Assembly: GCA_965250285.1 (NCBI GenBank)
Contig: OZ252299.1
Location: 64,001-128,000, forward strand
Direction of reading: 5' to 3'
DNA: 64,000 nucleotides
DNA from: Myxococcota bacterium
GTDB taxonomy: Bacteria > Myxococcota_A > UBA9160 > UBA4427
The stretch's first letter is position 1. Every line of letters begins with the position of its first letter. The notes beneath the pieces are model-generated. The model saw nothing but the letters and a program-made list of their open reading frames with translations, had not been told where the DNA came from and searched no databases. Position numbers and translations under genes: made by a program. This document shows, in pieces, positions 47,574-57,799 of this stretch.

Positions 47574-48806
47574 GTGTATAGCTTGATCGTTTCTCACCAG
47601 TTCAGTGACTGGGAGGGCAGAGCCTTCCAGTTCAACAAGGGACGCTTCCTTGAGTACACGAGCGACGCGATAGCAGAGCAGTTGTGGCCCCTGTCGACCG
47701 AGGCCATCGAGTGCCTCAAGTCGTGGCCGTGCATTCTGATGGACGAGGGGCGAGCGGAGGAGCTCGTTCGCATCGCCCGCATATCGGAGCTTCAGGATCT
47801 TGGCGACGAGATTTGGCTAGCCGTCGATCTCGTTCCGACCAAAGTGCCCATACTCAACGACCACCTTTGGCGAGTCCGGGATGAGCTGGACGTACGGCAG
47901 TTCGAGTTCAGCCGGAACCACTGGGCAGTGAAGGAGCGGGACCTCTTCAGAGTCCTTCGGGCAGCCGGGCTCGATTGCGAGAGCTCCGCGAGCGGCGCCG
48001 TGGAGGAGAGGCCGCTTCCCGCACCTACCCGGGCCTCCTTGATCGCGGCACGAAACTCGATCTCCAACTGGACTCATACTGAAATCGACGATCTGCTGCT
48101 GGAAGCGGGCGTGGCGGGTCTATCTGCGGGGCGAGGGTTGGGCAGCCGCCGTGACCGCGCCAACGCGATCGTTCAGTTCGCGATCGCGAACCCGTCGGAA
48201 GTAACCGCAGAGAACTCTCTGTTCTCCGCCTACCTCGTGAGGCGATCTGTCGGAGCTGGCGATGGAGACGCGGAGGATGCCTCTTCGCCTCTGATTCACG
48301 AGGGCGCTTCCGTGCCTCAACCACAAACCGGCGACGGCTCCACCCCCCGATCCTCCAATCGGGTCTTCGTGGTACACGGGCAAGACGAGACTGCTCGCAC
48401 TGCGGTCGTCGCTTTCCTTGAAAGCCTAGGATTGGTTGGAGTCGTCCTCCATGAACAACCGAACATGGGTCGTCATCTTCTCACGAAGTTCATCGACGAA
48501 GCGGACCTAGCAACTTTCGCCGTAGTCCTTATGACAGACGACGACGTAGGAGGTCTCAAGGGTCAGGAGCTCGCGCCCCGGGCTCGCCAAAACGTGATCC
48601 TAGAGTTGGGCTACTTCCTTGCACACCTCGGTCAGGCAAGCGTATGCGCTCTTGTCGCGCCCGGCCTGGAAACGCCCTCGGATTTCGACGGCATCGTCTA
48701 CATCACCATGGACGATGATCAACGATGGCAAGAAGAGCTGAAGCGCGAACTCTTGGCTGCGAAGATGCCTGTTGTCGAAGCCCCGAATAGCGCATCCGCT
48801 GGCTAG
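47574..48806 (+). CDS. multi-domain protein with C-terminal CAP12/Pycsar-type TIR-like domain
   Basis: RVFVVHG, LHEQPNMG, FAVVLMTDDD, RARQNVILELGYF, PSDFDGIVY. Confidence 0.88.
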   Translation: MYSLIVSHQFSDWEGRAFQFNKGRFLEYTSDAIAEQLWPLSTEAIECLKSWPCILMDEGRAEELVRIARISELQDLGDEIWLAVDLVPTKVPILNDHLWRVRDELDVRQFEFSRNHWAVKERDLFRVLRAAGLDCESSASGAVEERPLPAPTRASLIAARNSISNWTHTEIDDLLLEAGVAGLSAGRGLGSRRDRANAIVQFAIANPSEVTAENSLFSAYLVRRSVGAGDGDAEDASSPLIHEGASVPQPQTGDGSTPRSSNRVFVVHGQDETARTAVVAFLESLGLVGVVLHEQPNMGRHLLTKFIDEADLATFAVVLMTDDDVGGLKGQELAPRARQNVILELGYFLAHLGQASVCALVAPGLETPSDFDGIVYITMDDDQRWQEELKRELLAAKMPVVEAPNSASAG

Positions 48807-48974
48807 TAGGGGCTTGCACTTGACAACGGACAGCTGGGCGTTCCTAGGTTCGGTAGCGTTCTGGCGACGGGACTTCTGTAGTTTGGTGCTGACGGTCAGC
48901 GCTGTATGTCGCAGCTGAAACCCGATCTTTTGGGCAGCACGCTGCCTGGTTGCCCTGCGCGTTCCAGTTGATCA

Positions 48975-49952
48975 ATGGCGCTTGACCACTACGTTTCTCA
49001 GGTTCATCTCCGCGGGTTTGTCGCATCGGACCTCGGCAATCGAATGTTTGCGACTAGCAAGAGCACGCTCAAGAGGTTCACGCCAACGCCCAAAGCCGTC
49101 TGCAGAATCGAAGAGGGAAGCACCAACGACTACTTGAGCGATCCGCGTGCTGTCGAGGACTTTCTGAAGCTCATCGAGCCGAAATACAACTCCGCGGTCG
49201 ACTCTCTCCTGGCCTCTGACATTCACGATGACGTGATCATGACGCTGGCCGGCTTCGCCGCGTACGTCTACGTATGCTCTCCCGCAGGTATGCGACTTGC
49301 CATGGGTCCGCTTCGCGCATCTGTGGAGGCGACCGCCGAGATTCTAGACCGGCAAGGCGAACTCCCGCCGATACCACAAGGGCTCGGTGCATCCTCGATC
49401 AGGGAGCTCTTTGAGATGCAGGCGCTCAAAGTTGACGTAGATCCGAAGTTTCCACAGGCAATGGGAATCTCGCAGATCGTTCAGCTGGCGGCTCAGCTCG
49501 GCAACTTCCCTTGGGAGATTCTTCGAAATGAAGAGCGAGGCAGCCCGTTCTTCACATCAGACTTTCCAGTCGCGCTACAGCAGAGTTCCGATCCTCGTAT
49601 CATGAACAGGATTGTTCCGCTCACGCCTAAGCTAGCGATTCGAATCCTCCCGAACTTTGAGTCCAGGACGGATGAGCCAGACCTCTCGTTCTCCGGCTTC
49701 AGGTACCGAGTCCGTACCCTGCGCCGCAGCGAAGTTCGAGTAGTCAACGAGCTGCTCGTTCGTGCTGCGGAAGACTTCGTGTTCTACTGCGAAGATCACG
49801 CCTGGACGCCGAGGTTCATCGAACGAAACCGACACTACCGAACTGAATCCGTGACCGAGAGGATCCCGACGCCCACGGGCGGCGAGCTTCAAGTCAGTGG
49901 CCAGCGAATCGCGCCGTTTCGGCGACCGCCCGCGGCTGTAGGATCAGCCTGA
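48975..49952 (+). CDS. DUF4238 domain protein
   Basis: N-terminal HYVSQVHLRGF and FFTSDFPV...PLTPKLAI motifs. Confidence 0.8.
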   Translation: MALDHYVSQVHLRGFVASDLGNRMFATSKSTLKRFTPTPKAVCRIEEGSTNDYLSDPRAVEDFLKLIEPKYNSAVDSLLASDIHDDVIMTLAGFAAYVYVCSPAGMRLAMGPLRASVEATAEILDRQGELPPIPQGLGASSIRELFEMQALKVDVDPKFPQAMGISQIVQLAAQLGNFPWEILRNEERGSPFFTSDFPVALQQSSDPRIMNRIVPLTPKLAIRILPNFESRTDEPDLSFSGFRYRVRTLRRSEVRVVNELLVRAAEDFVFYCEDHAWTPRFIERNRHYRTESVTERIPTPTGGELQVSGQRIAPFRRPPAAVGSA

Positions 49953-50130
49953 GTGGTTGCCCGCGGTCTGGCAAGCCGTTGGATCGGGCCGCCCCCAGCT
50001 GCGGCGGTATCGGCGTTGGTACTTTTTTTGGCAACTAGCCGGGTGCATTCTGCGAAGCCGGTCAGCAGCTGGCCGATGTCGCTAGACGTCGACCGTTTGG
50101 CAGTTTGAAGCACGAGGAAACCAGTAGAGC

Positions 50131-51333
50131 ATGACTGCTCCTTCGAACAAGAAGTATCGGGCCGCACTTGTTGCAATATTTATCAGCGGCGGTGTGCTGG
50201 CAGCTCTGGTCGGGCTAGTTCCCTTCATACTTGGTAACGCACCGCCGGTTCCCGTACTTGAACTGACTCCTGCTGAGAAGTACGGCTATGCACCGATGAC
50301 TCTTGTAGCCAACGGCAGCCGATCCTCAGACCCCGACGGCGATTCGCTAACTTACGCTTGGCGCTTCAACGGCCAGGGCGAAGCTGAAGTGTCATCGCTC
50401 TTGGAGAAGCGAATTGCTAGGGGAGGGAAGTACCGGCTTGAGTTCCAGGTCTCGGATGGAAGCCACAGTCTCCCACCCCTCATCGAGTTGATCACCGTTC
50501 TCCCGCCGCTGAAGGATCTCGAAATCCCACCGCTGGCCCAGGACACCGTCCTGACTCATCCCGACGTGACACTCGTTCTGCCTCCAGAAATCGTAACGAA
50601 CGGATTCGGCCTTACGATCGAAGCTGGCGGCATCAAGGCAGGCGACACGAAGATCGTCTCTTTCATCAAGCCTAAAGCCGATCCCGTCTCGCCAGGGTCG
50701 AACGGTTCACGAGGAGGGCGGACAGGGATTCACGGCGACCCGGGTGAGAATGGAGCTGATGGATCAGATGGCAACGATGGCAAGTCACCTGGGCCTATCG
50801 TGCTGAAGGCCCCCTTCCTGTCAGGGAACCTTGCGATATCGAACCGTGGACAGAGTGGCGGAGACGGCGCGCCAGGGGGATCTGGGGGAAGTGGCGGGAG
50901 CGGTGCGAACGGACGCAACCGCGGCGGAGACGCAATCTGTTCAAACGATGTGCGACCCGGCAATGGCGGTAACGCTGGGAGGGGCGGCGATGCGGGTCGG
51001 GGCGGCGATGCGGGTGATGGAGGCAGCGGCGGCGATGTCACCGTCATCGTGGAAGATATTGATGCCCAGATCACGGTCGATGTTTCGCCGGGCTCACCAG
51101 GTATGCCGGGAGAACCTGGAACGCCCGGGCAACCTGGCTCTCGAGGAACTGGTGGTAGGCGGAGCCACTGCGGGGGCGGGGGGAGTGACGGAGGTGCGAA
51201 CACCGCCGGATCCGAACGGCCCGAGGGAGCGCCCGGCTCGACTGGCCACCGCGGCAACATTAAGTTCGTGATCGGTGGTCTTGAGCAGAATTATGCCACT
51301 AGCTCGGCCACACTTCGGAGATTGAGGAAGTAG
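50131..51333 (+). CDS. membrane-anchored PKD-domain protein with collagen-like Gly-rich repeats
   Basis: N-terminal TM; GSRSSDPDGDSLTYAWRF; long GxxGxx runs. Confidence 0.75.
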   Translation: MTAPSNKKYRAALVAIFISGGVLAALVGLVPFILGNAPPVPVLELTPAEKYGYAPMTLVANGSRSSDPDGDSLTYAWRFNGQGEAEVSSLLEKRIARGGKYRLEFQVSDGSHSLPPLIELITVLPPLKDLEIPPLAQDTVLTHPDVTLVLPPEIVTNGFGLTIEAGGIKAGDTKIVSFIKPKADPVSPGSNGSRGGRTGIHGDPGENGADGSDGNDGKSPGPIVLKAPFLSGNLAISNRGQSGGDGAPGGSGGSGGSGANGRNRGGDAICSNDVRPGNGGNAGRGGDAGRGGDAGDGGSGGDVTVIVEDIDAQITVDVSPGSPGMPGEPGTPGQPGSRGTGGRRSHCGGGGSDGGANTAGSERPEGAPGSTGHRGNIKFVIGGLEQNYATSSATLRRLRK

Positions 51334-51797
51334 CGGCGGCTCAGGAATGTTCCGGACGTGGCCGCCACATGGCACCGCGTTTCAGCGGATCGGCAGAACC
51401 TCGGTCCAATCGAACTCGGCTGCCAACTCGCACAATGCTCTGGGCGCAGGCTCGACCATGGCAAACGCTGTATTTGGCCGCGGTACCCCGACGTACGATC
51501 CCCGCGACCTCCTGAGGCCACTTCGCATCAAGCCGGTTGCGAAACCGACACAGGCATAGGGATTCTAAACACTCGGTCAGGCATCCGCGGAGCTGTAATC
51601 ACGCGCGGTGTTGGGCCCGGACGACGCGGCTCACCGATGTGGCGATCAGCTGGAATGCTCCTCATCGATCCGAAATGCCGCATCAAACAACGAGAAGGCA
51701 CGGCCATGCCTTGACAACAGAAGTGTTGTTGGCCGCAGGCGCGTCTGCCGGACCCAGTCGTGGTGAGCTGAACACAGAACATGCCACTCCGGTCCGG

Positions 51798-52292
51798 CTA
51801 AATCGGCGCAATTGTGAGCGTGATCCCGGGCAGATCGTTCACATCGTCGTCAAGGCACTCGTCATCACTCGCATGCAACGTGACCACGATCTTTCGGTTC
51901 TCGATGAGCCACCCATCACTCAGGTTGGTGCTTGAGCGCTCGCTCCACCCCGCCTTGCCCAGGACCTCTGCAATCGCAGAAGACAGACCCTTGGCTTCGC
52001 TGACCGCTTTGGACGCCGACTGGCGGCACCACTTCACAGCGAGCTCAGGGGAGCTCCCTGGTGACCCTGTTACTTCACAAGCCGAGCTGTTCGGCGGTAA
52101 CTTCTTACACTTCCACCAATGATGAGTGTCGTCCCACATCTCCAAGTCCTTCGCCCCTCTCATCGAGGAGAAGTCTGACTCCGACGCTTTGATCGCTGCG
52201 CGTAGAAACTCTTCAACGCTCTCAGCACCTGCGGCTCCCGGGATGGCAATTGAAGCCAATATGACTGCAATAGTCATCACAGCTGATCTCAT
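51798..52292 (-). CDS. exported hypothetical protein
   Basis: GAGGA RBS; signal peptide MRSAVMTIAVILASIAIPGAAGA; 4 Cys. Confidence 0.6.
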   Translation of the reverse strand: MRSAVMTIAVILASIAIPGAAGAESVEEFLRAAIKASESDFSSMRGAKDLEMWDDTHHWWKCKKLPPNSSACEVTGSPGSSPELAVKWCRQSASKAVSEAKGLSSAIAEVLGKAGWSERSSTNLSDGWLIENRKIVVTLHASDDECLDDDVNDLPGITLTIAPI

Positions 52293-52309
52293 ATCCTCTA
52301 CCCCTCGTT

Positions 52310-53137
52310 CTAGAGACCGAAGTTCCGCCTGCCGTAGCTGAATGCTTGCGAGAATCGAGTTGCACCGCGGAGCGCGAGTTCCCAACCAGCGGTCGCAGCT
52401 TGGAGACGCTGTGCCGGTGTGCCGTGGTGACCACGTGAGTTGAACGCGTAGTCACCCTTGTCGAAAACTGAACGCGCGGCACCTCGCGCATCGAAACGTG
52501 AGCCATGAGCAGTCTTGAATCCGAGATACCAGCCAGCCACGAAATCGGCCAGGAGTTCCATCTTCACGGTTGTTCCTACGGCATTCGCATTGAACTCAGC
52601 GATGTGAGCCCACTCATGAGCCATAATGAAGACGGCCGCACCCTCCCAAGCCAATGACTGCTCTTCTTGCTCCTGCTTGAGGAGATTGACACCGAAGCAA
52701 ACGGACCCGTGAGAACTCCCGAGGAAGGGGTCACTCGTGGCGAAGGCATTAGGACCGTCGGAGTCGTCGAAGAACGCAAACCCTGGTCGGTAGCCCATTA
52801 CGTCACCCAGCACCCGCGTTTCGAGCGAGAACGCCTGATCGATGTAGGGCCAGCCGGTGCGCTCAAGTAGCTCGAAGTTGGATTGGAGGGCTCTCGAGTC
52901 AGCCCGGTTGAGTGTGCAGCCTTGGTCAAGCGAAAAGGTCGCTCGGTCGCCACGCGTCTGCCTGCTCTGGCTACCATCGCCCGCTGATGGCCAACCGGCG
53001 CCACTCGATCCGCTGCTGCCCCCTCCCTCTTGATTCGAGCTTTCGCCTGGCCAGCCGCTCGCCAGCCCGAGCCTGGAGTAGGAACACGAACCCGCCGCAA
53101 CCCAGGCGGCGATAGACAGGAATGTCCTTCGGTCCAT
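52310..53137 (-). CDS. Tat-exported neutral zinc metallopeptidase
   Basis: MDRRTFL Tat motif; AHEWAH, ELLAD..AG, HGTPAQR. Confidence 0.8.
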   Translation of the reverse strand: MDRRTFLSIAAWVAAGSCSYSRLGLASGWPGESSNQEGGGSSGSSGAGWPSAGDGSQSRQTRGDRATFSLDQGCTLNRADSRALQSNFELLERTGWPYIDQAFSLETRVLGDVMGYRPGFAFFDDSDGPNAFATSDPFLGSSHGSVCFGVNLLKQEQEEQSLAWEGAAVFIMAHEWAHIAEFNANAVGTTVKMELLADFVAGWYLGFKTAHGSRFDARGAARSVFDKGDYAFNSRGHHGTPAQRLQAATAGWELALRGATRFSQAFSYGRRNFGL

Positions 53138-53163
53138 CCGACAGCCCTCCTCGGGCCAGATGT

Positions 53164-53655
53164 TCAGGAGTATTTCTTGATGCGAATAAAGACGTAAGGC
53201 TTGGACCCTGTAGAGGCGGTAAGGGTGATGCTCATCTTGTCTAGGGTGACGAGGCCAGAGCTCTGCCTTGTGTTGGTCAGTACCCAAAACGACTCGCTCT
53301 TGTAGTACTTGCCTGACTTCGAGTCAGACTCCTTGTGCTCGACCTTGACGCGTCCTATTCCCTCCACAACCTCCCATTCGCCAGTGAAGCAATCCGAAAC
53401 ATCCGAGAACATCGACGAGAAGAACGCGGAACTAGCGCTACGCGACATCCCTCGCCACTCGCACTCCACATGATCGCGAGAGGAGTCACAAGCCGAGTCA
53501 TCGGGAACAGAGGTAGGAGCGGACCCCTTCCCAAGTGCCCCGATCATCGCCCTCAAGTCTCGACAGACCTCACCAGCATCGGCGGGGCTCGGCGATGCGA
53601 TACCCAATGCTACGATCGTCGCAGCAACGCGCGAAAGAGTTCGACCGTCAGCCAT
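53164..53655 (-). CDS. exported hypothetical protein
   Basis: GAGGAG RBS; signal peptide ending ADA; 4 Cys. Confidence 0.6.
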   Translation of the reverse strand: MADGRTLSRVAATIVALGIASPSPADAGEVCRDLRAMIGALGKGSAPTSVPDDSACDSSRDHVECEWRGMSRSASSAFFSSMFSDVSDCFTGEWEVVEGIGRVKVEHKESDSKSGKYYKSESFWVLTNTRQSSGLVTLDKMSITLTASTGSKPYVFIRIKKYS

Positions 53656-53817
53656 CAACGTCTCCTCGGCGCATCGGTCGTCAACCGCCGACGCCGTTGT
53701 GAAGAAAGCTCTCAGCCCGAGCGCGACATGCCCCCGTGCGGTGAACTTTTGAGTTCCCAATAGCGCTGCGCGAGGCGAGTACAGTTGGAGCCCGTCCACC
53801 GCTAAAGGTCTGGCTGG

Positions 53818-54108
53818 TCAGCGTCCTAGGTCCGTCACAGCCCACCGAACCATGCACTTCCACCGTTTCCAGGTGGCTGCGTCCGAGTCCTCCTCGCAGT
53901 CGCAGCTCTGGATGTTCACGTGCTTCTTCCCATAGGTGGCGATACTGCTCGTCTTAAGTTCCGCCATCTCCAACGCGCTTGAGCAGGCGTCGATCTTTGA
54001 TCCTCCGACTCCAATCTCGTGCCCGGTGGCATCACCAAGCGCAAGTGAGGCGCTGGAGATGGATATGACACCAATGGCCCCGGCCAGGTACGTCCAAGTG
54101 CTATTCAC
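53818..54108 (-). CDS. small exported Cys-containing protein
   Basis: GAGGT RBS; signal peptide; C...CDC...C. Confidence 0.6.
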   Translation of the reverse strand: MNSTWTYLAGAIGVISISSASLALGDATGHEIGVGGSKIDACSSALEMAELKTSSIATYGKKHVNIQSCDCEEDSDAATWKRWKCMVRWAVTDLGR

Positions 54109-54159
54109 CCGTACACCTCTCTACCAACGCCGACCTCAGAATTGCTGCGTCCAAACAGA

Positions 54160-54450
54160 TCATGGGTCTGGCAGGCATTCGACGAGCTGGCAGAGCTTCT
54201 CGCAGGCAGGTGGCTTAAGGCCGCACTGGTGTCGACCTGGCTTCGGTACACCTGCATCGTTGAAGCCGCAGCCCGGAGAAGGCCTGATCTCTTCCCGCAG
54301 CTCTCCACCGGGACAAAAGTCGCCAGGATCAGCCGGCTCGAACCTGGGCCCGGCTCCCTCTCTGCCGGGTGCGGTCGACGTATCGTCGTCAGCGACTAGA
54401 GGTCCGACGCATAGGAGTGTCGTAGCCGCGATTGCAAGAAGACACCGCAT
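54160..54450 (-). CDS. small exported Cys-rich hypothetical protein
   Basis: MRCLLAIAATTLLCVGPLVA signal; 6 Cys in the mature part. Confidence 0.4.
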   Translation of the reverse strand: MRCLLAIAATTLLCVGPLVADDDTSTAPGREGAGPRFEPADPGDFCPGGELREEIRPSPGCGFNDAGVPKPGRHQCGLKPPACEKLCQLVECLPDP

Positions 54451-56490
54451 TACGACCACGAGCGTTGTCTCCGCTTTGGGTCGCCGACTGCGGCACCGAC
54501 GAGTGAACCTCAGTTTGGAATCTCTTGCAGACTCAGGAGGTATCATCGATCGTATTGTACCCAACTCTGGCAATCCCTAAACGCTCTGCCCTCACCCACC
54601 TCGCGATGCACGCAGCAGCGGCTCAGTCGTAGGCGTTTCTACGCGTGGCCACTCTTCACCTCGACTCCTTCAGACTGCCCCGCTGGGGATTGACGATGCG
54701 GTTGCCGAGGGAGGAGACCTTTGCCGTCATCTCGAGTCGGTAATTCGAGGAATCAACATGGGCTGCGTTTAAAGACTCATGAGCGACCTCTGGGGTAGTG
54801 AAGCTCAACTCGTTTGCGCAACACATCTACGCGTACCGCATCTCGATTGGGTTCGATAGATATGCGATTGCTCACATTCGCCCGGCCTCATTCAACTGTT
54901 CCGAGAAGATTCGAGCCGCGCACTCATGAAGGCCATCCACTCTCAGTGCTCTCGCGAAGCGGGATCGAGCTGCGTGGCCCGACGCCATCTCCAGCTCGTG
55001 CTCCTCGTGATCTGCTACCGAAGCGATCTCGAGCGCCATCGCGTCCGAAGCGTGTTGAGTAGGCGCCATCACCAACGGGACGCAGTACCTAACCGCGACT
55101 TCTCGTGACACCCCAACTCCGTCCACGATCTGGCGATTGAACCTTGGAATCCATCCAGCGTGCACGACCTTGCTTGGCCCGCAACACCGAAGTGTGCCTG
55201 AAACCCGCCGGACGTGCCGCAGCCTCGATCCCCTCAGAAACCAAAGCATCTGCCAGATACGGAATGACCTAGGGTGCGGCATTGAACGCATGGCGGCTGA
55301 CATGTCACCGGTCGGGCGGGGATCGGTAGGCTGCAGATAGGATCGGTCCCCATACATGCAGTTGGCAGACACCATGTCGAAAAGGCACAGCGCTGGCGTT
55401 CGCTGAGTCTACCCAGCGATGCGAATAGACAAGGTCGCGAGCCGCCGGCTAACGACGTTCACCGGCGTGCGGACAAGTCCTGTGCCCCAGACCCTTGATA
55501 CTCGGATGCCATCTACCCACCCCAAGTGAAACGCGTGCCGGCGGGTGCACAGTGGGCTGTCGATGGCTGCTCGCGTCCGGAGAACTCACTTCGCCACCGC
55601 CGTCGATTCCGTTTTCGTGGTTGCCTCACTTTCGGTTGGCTGAACCGTATTGGGCAGTCTCACCGGCGCGTCTCTCTCGTAGCCGGCGCGGATCGCACCC
55701 GCGATCGGAGATTCGCAGTGCGTTCGGAACGGATCGGTACCGACAACCAGCCCACAGTGCCCGCGCTGAGAGCTCGTTCGTTCTGAGTTTCGGGTCTATT
55801 CGCGCTGCAACGCCACACGTCCGCGCCGGAATCAGAGACTTCGGCCTAGAGCGCGATCACTAATCTTCCATCGTCGAGATGGTCATTCATGTGCACGCGA
55901 AGCACGTCTCGGGGGACCACTCGTACTTCAGATACTCAGGTACGGGGTAGGTGTCAGGAACGACTTCTCGCTCGAGTTCCTTGGACCACGTTGCGATCCA
56001 GGAGGCCTGCGTGCCTCAGCAATGAACTCCTGAGTCACTGGATCGATCGTCGACGGCTTGTCACGTGAACACGGGCGCCGTTTTCATGCTCAAACAGGAA
56101 CAAGGGTGGTTGGTTTGTGCCCGAGGTCAGCCCCTAAATCAGAAGGCGGTTGGACCCTCCCATGCTGCAGGGTCTTCTTTGACTGTGCCAACACAGAACC
56201 CGATTAGAGGCTCTTGGTCTTCCGCAACTATCCCGGCCACCTCGACGACTTGCAGAGCTCGACGCACAGACACGATCTCAAGCTTCGTGGCCAGACTGGC
56301 TACTTGTCTGGCAAGTCGTGAGATTTGCTGAGGAGTTGTTGCGTCATCCGCAGCCCACTCGGCCATGTAACGGATGGCCGAGCGCCGGGTGTGACGGAGT
56401 GCCCCGTGCTTCCGCTGGGCTTCCGGCAACTCGACCCAGCGAGCGATTGCCGAGGGCGAATCCCTAAGTGATTGTTTTGTAGGGGAAAAG

Positions 56491-56566
56491 TGGTGGCCCA
56501 GGGCGGATTTGAACCGCCGACACCTCGATTTTCAGTCGAGTGCTCTACCAACTGAGCTACCGGGCC
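56491..56566 (-). tRNA. tRNA-Phe (GAA), CCA encoded
   Basis: GGCCCGGTAGCTCAGTTGGTAGAGCACTCGACTGAAAATCGAGGTGTCGGCGGTTCAAATCCGCCCTGGGCCACCA, 76 nt cloverleaf. Confidence 0.97.
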
Positions 56567-56799
56567 ACGCGGGGCGCCGACCATAGCCGACCCGGCGCCA
56601 AATCTCACCGAAATCGCGTGCCAAAACCGGCCCGAAATCAGGGGGTTCGACGGGGTTGGGGCCGCATCGCCTCTCGCGGTGACCCGACCTGGCGCGCGCG
56701 GCCCGCTTCCCGGGGCCCTCGGGCCTGGGGTAGCGTCGAGCGCGGAGCCGCGAGTCGCGCTGCGCCTCTGGCTCGATCCCTCACTGCCCGGGAGCCTCG

Positions 56800-57705
56800 A
56801 TGTCTACTGACGAAGCCGCGCCGCGCACGGTCGACCCTTTTCACTTCATGTCACCGGGTCTCAGGCGAATGCTCGAGCCGTCGATTCCCACCGAACCGAA
56901 GCATCCGCCGATCCCGTGGGCGCCGCTCGACAAGCCGCTCGCCGAGTGCAAGGTGGCGCTGCTGTCGACCGCGGGTCTGTCGATGAAGGGCGATGCGCCG
57001 TTCGACATGGACTACGAGCGCAACAACCCGACCCGAGGTGACTCGAGCTTTCGGCGCCTGCGCGCCGATGCGACGTCGTCGACGGTCGAGGCGAACCATT
57101 TGCACATCGACACGAGCTACATCGAGCGCGATCTGAACGTGGCGCTACCGGTCGATCGCCTGCGCGAGCTCGTCGATGAAGGCGTGGTCGGCGCGATGGC
57201 CGAGACGCACTACTCGGTGATGGGCTTTCAGGGCAACGACGCGAGCGAGCTCGAGAACGAGTCGGCGCCCGCGATCGCCGAGATCATGAAGAGCGAGGAG
57301 GTCGATCTGGCGCTCCTCGCACCCGTCTGACCCGACTGCTGCCGGTCCGTGGGACTGGTCGCACGCAAGATCGAAGCGGCGGGGGTCCCCACCGTCACGC
57401 TCGAGATGATCTGGACGATCCACAACGGGGTCGGCATCCCGCGCGTCGCCGCCATCGAGCACCCCTTCGGGCGCCCGTACGGCGACGTTGGAGATGCCGG
57501 GCGGCAGCGCGACGTGCTGCTCTCGGCGCTCGAGCTGGCGCGCGATGCGCGTGAGCCGGGCACCGTCGCGCATCTGCCCTACCGCTGGGCCGAGGCGCCC
57601 GAGAACGTGAAGTGGGAGCCCGACGAGCCGAGCCCGATCATTGCGCTCATCAAGGCGCGTCGCGCGAAGGCCAAGGCGAAAGCCGAAGCAGCGGCTCAGG
57701 ACTGA
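56800..57705 (+). CDS. GrdB/PrdB-like reductase selenoprotein B (Sec at UGA 57328-57330)
   Basis: VALLSTAG, GDSSFR, DLNVALP, then LAPV-U-PDCCRSVGLVARKIEAAGVPTV in the same frame. Confidence 0.88.
57341..57359 (+). promoter_or_regulatory. bacterial SECIS-like hairpin
   Basis: GCCGGTCC-GTG-GGACTGGT stem begins 11 nt after the UGA, with G first in the loop. Confidence 0.65.
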
Positions 57706-57799
57706 GCCGGCGCGATCGGCCGGGTCGTCCGCACGGCGGGCGGAGCCGTCTGCGCGATCGCTGGTGTCGTCTGTACGAGCGGCAGATTCGCCTGCGGGA

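Larger units (their letters stand above)
40481..56537. mobile_element. ~16 kb integrative genomic island in tRNA-Phe 3' end
   Basis: 49-bp direct repeat at 40481-40529 and 56489-56537; integrase next to the left copy; visibly more AT-rich than the flanks. Confidence 0.93.

Noticed and set aside
47574..49952. Complete CBASS, Pycsar or Thoeris system
   Set aside because: No CD-NTase, PycC cyclase or ThsA-like gene is visible nearby.
54600..56460. ORFs in the right end of the island (54872-55375, 55495-55863, 56139-56429)
   Set aside because: No recognisable motifs or convincing RBS; may be decayed or noncoding, left uncalled.
57349..57705. Separate gene, or nonsense pseudogene of 56800-57330
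   Set aside because: In-frame UGA at a UxxC position plus a SECIS-like hairpin favours one selenoprotein.
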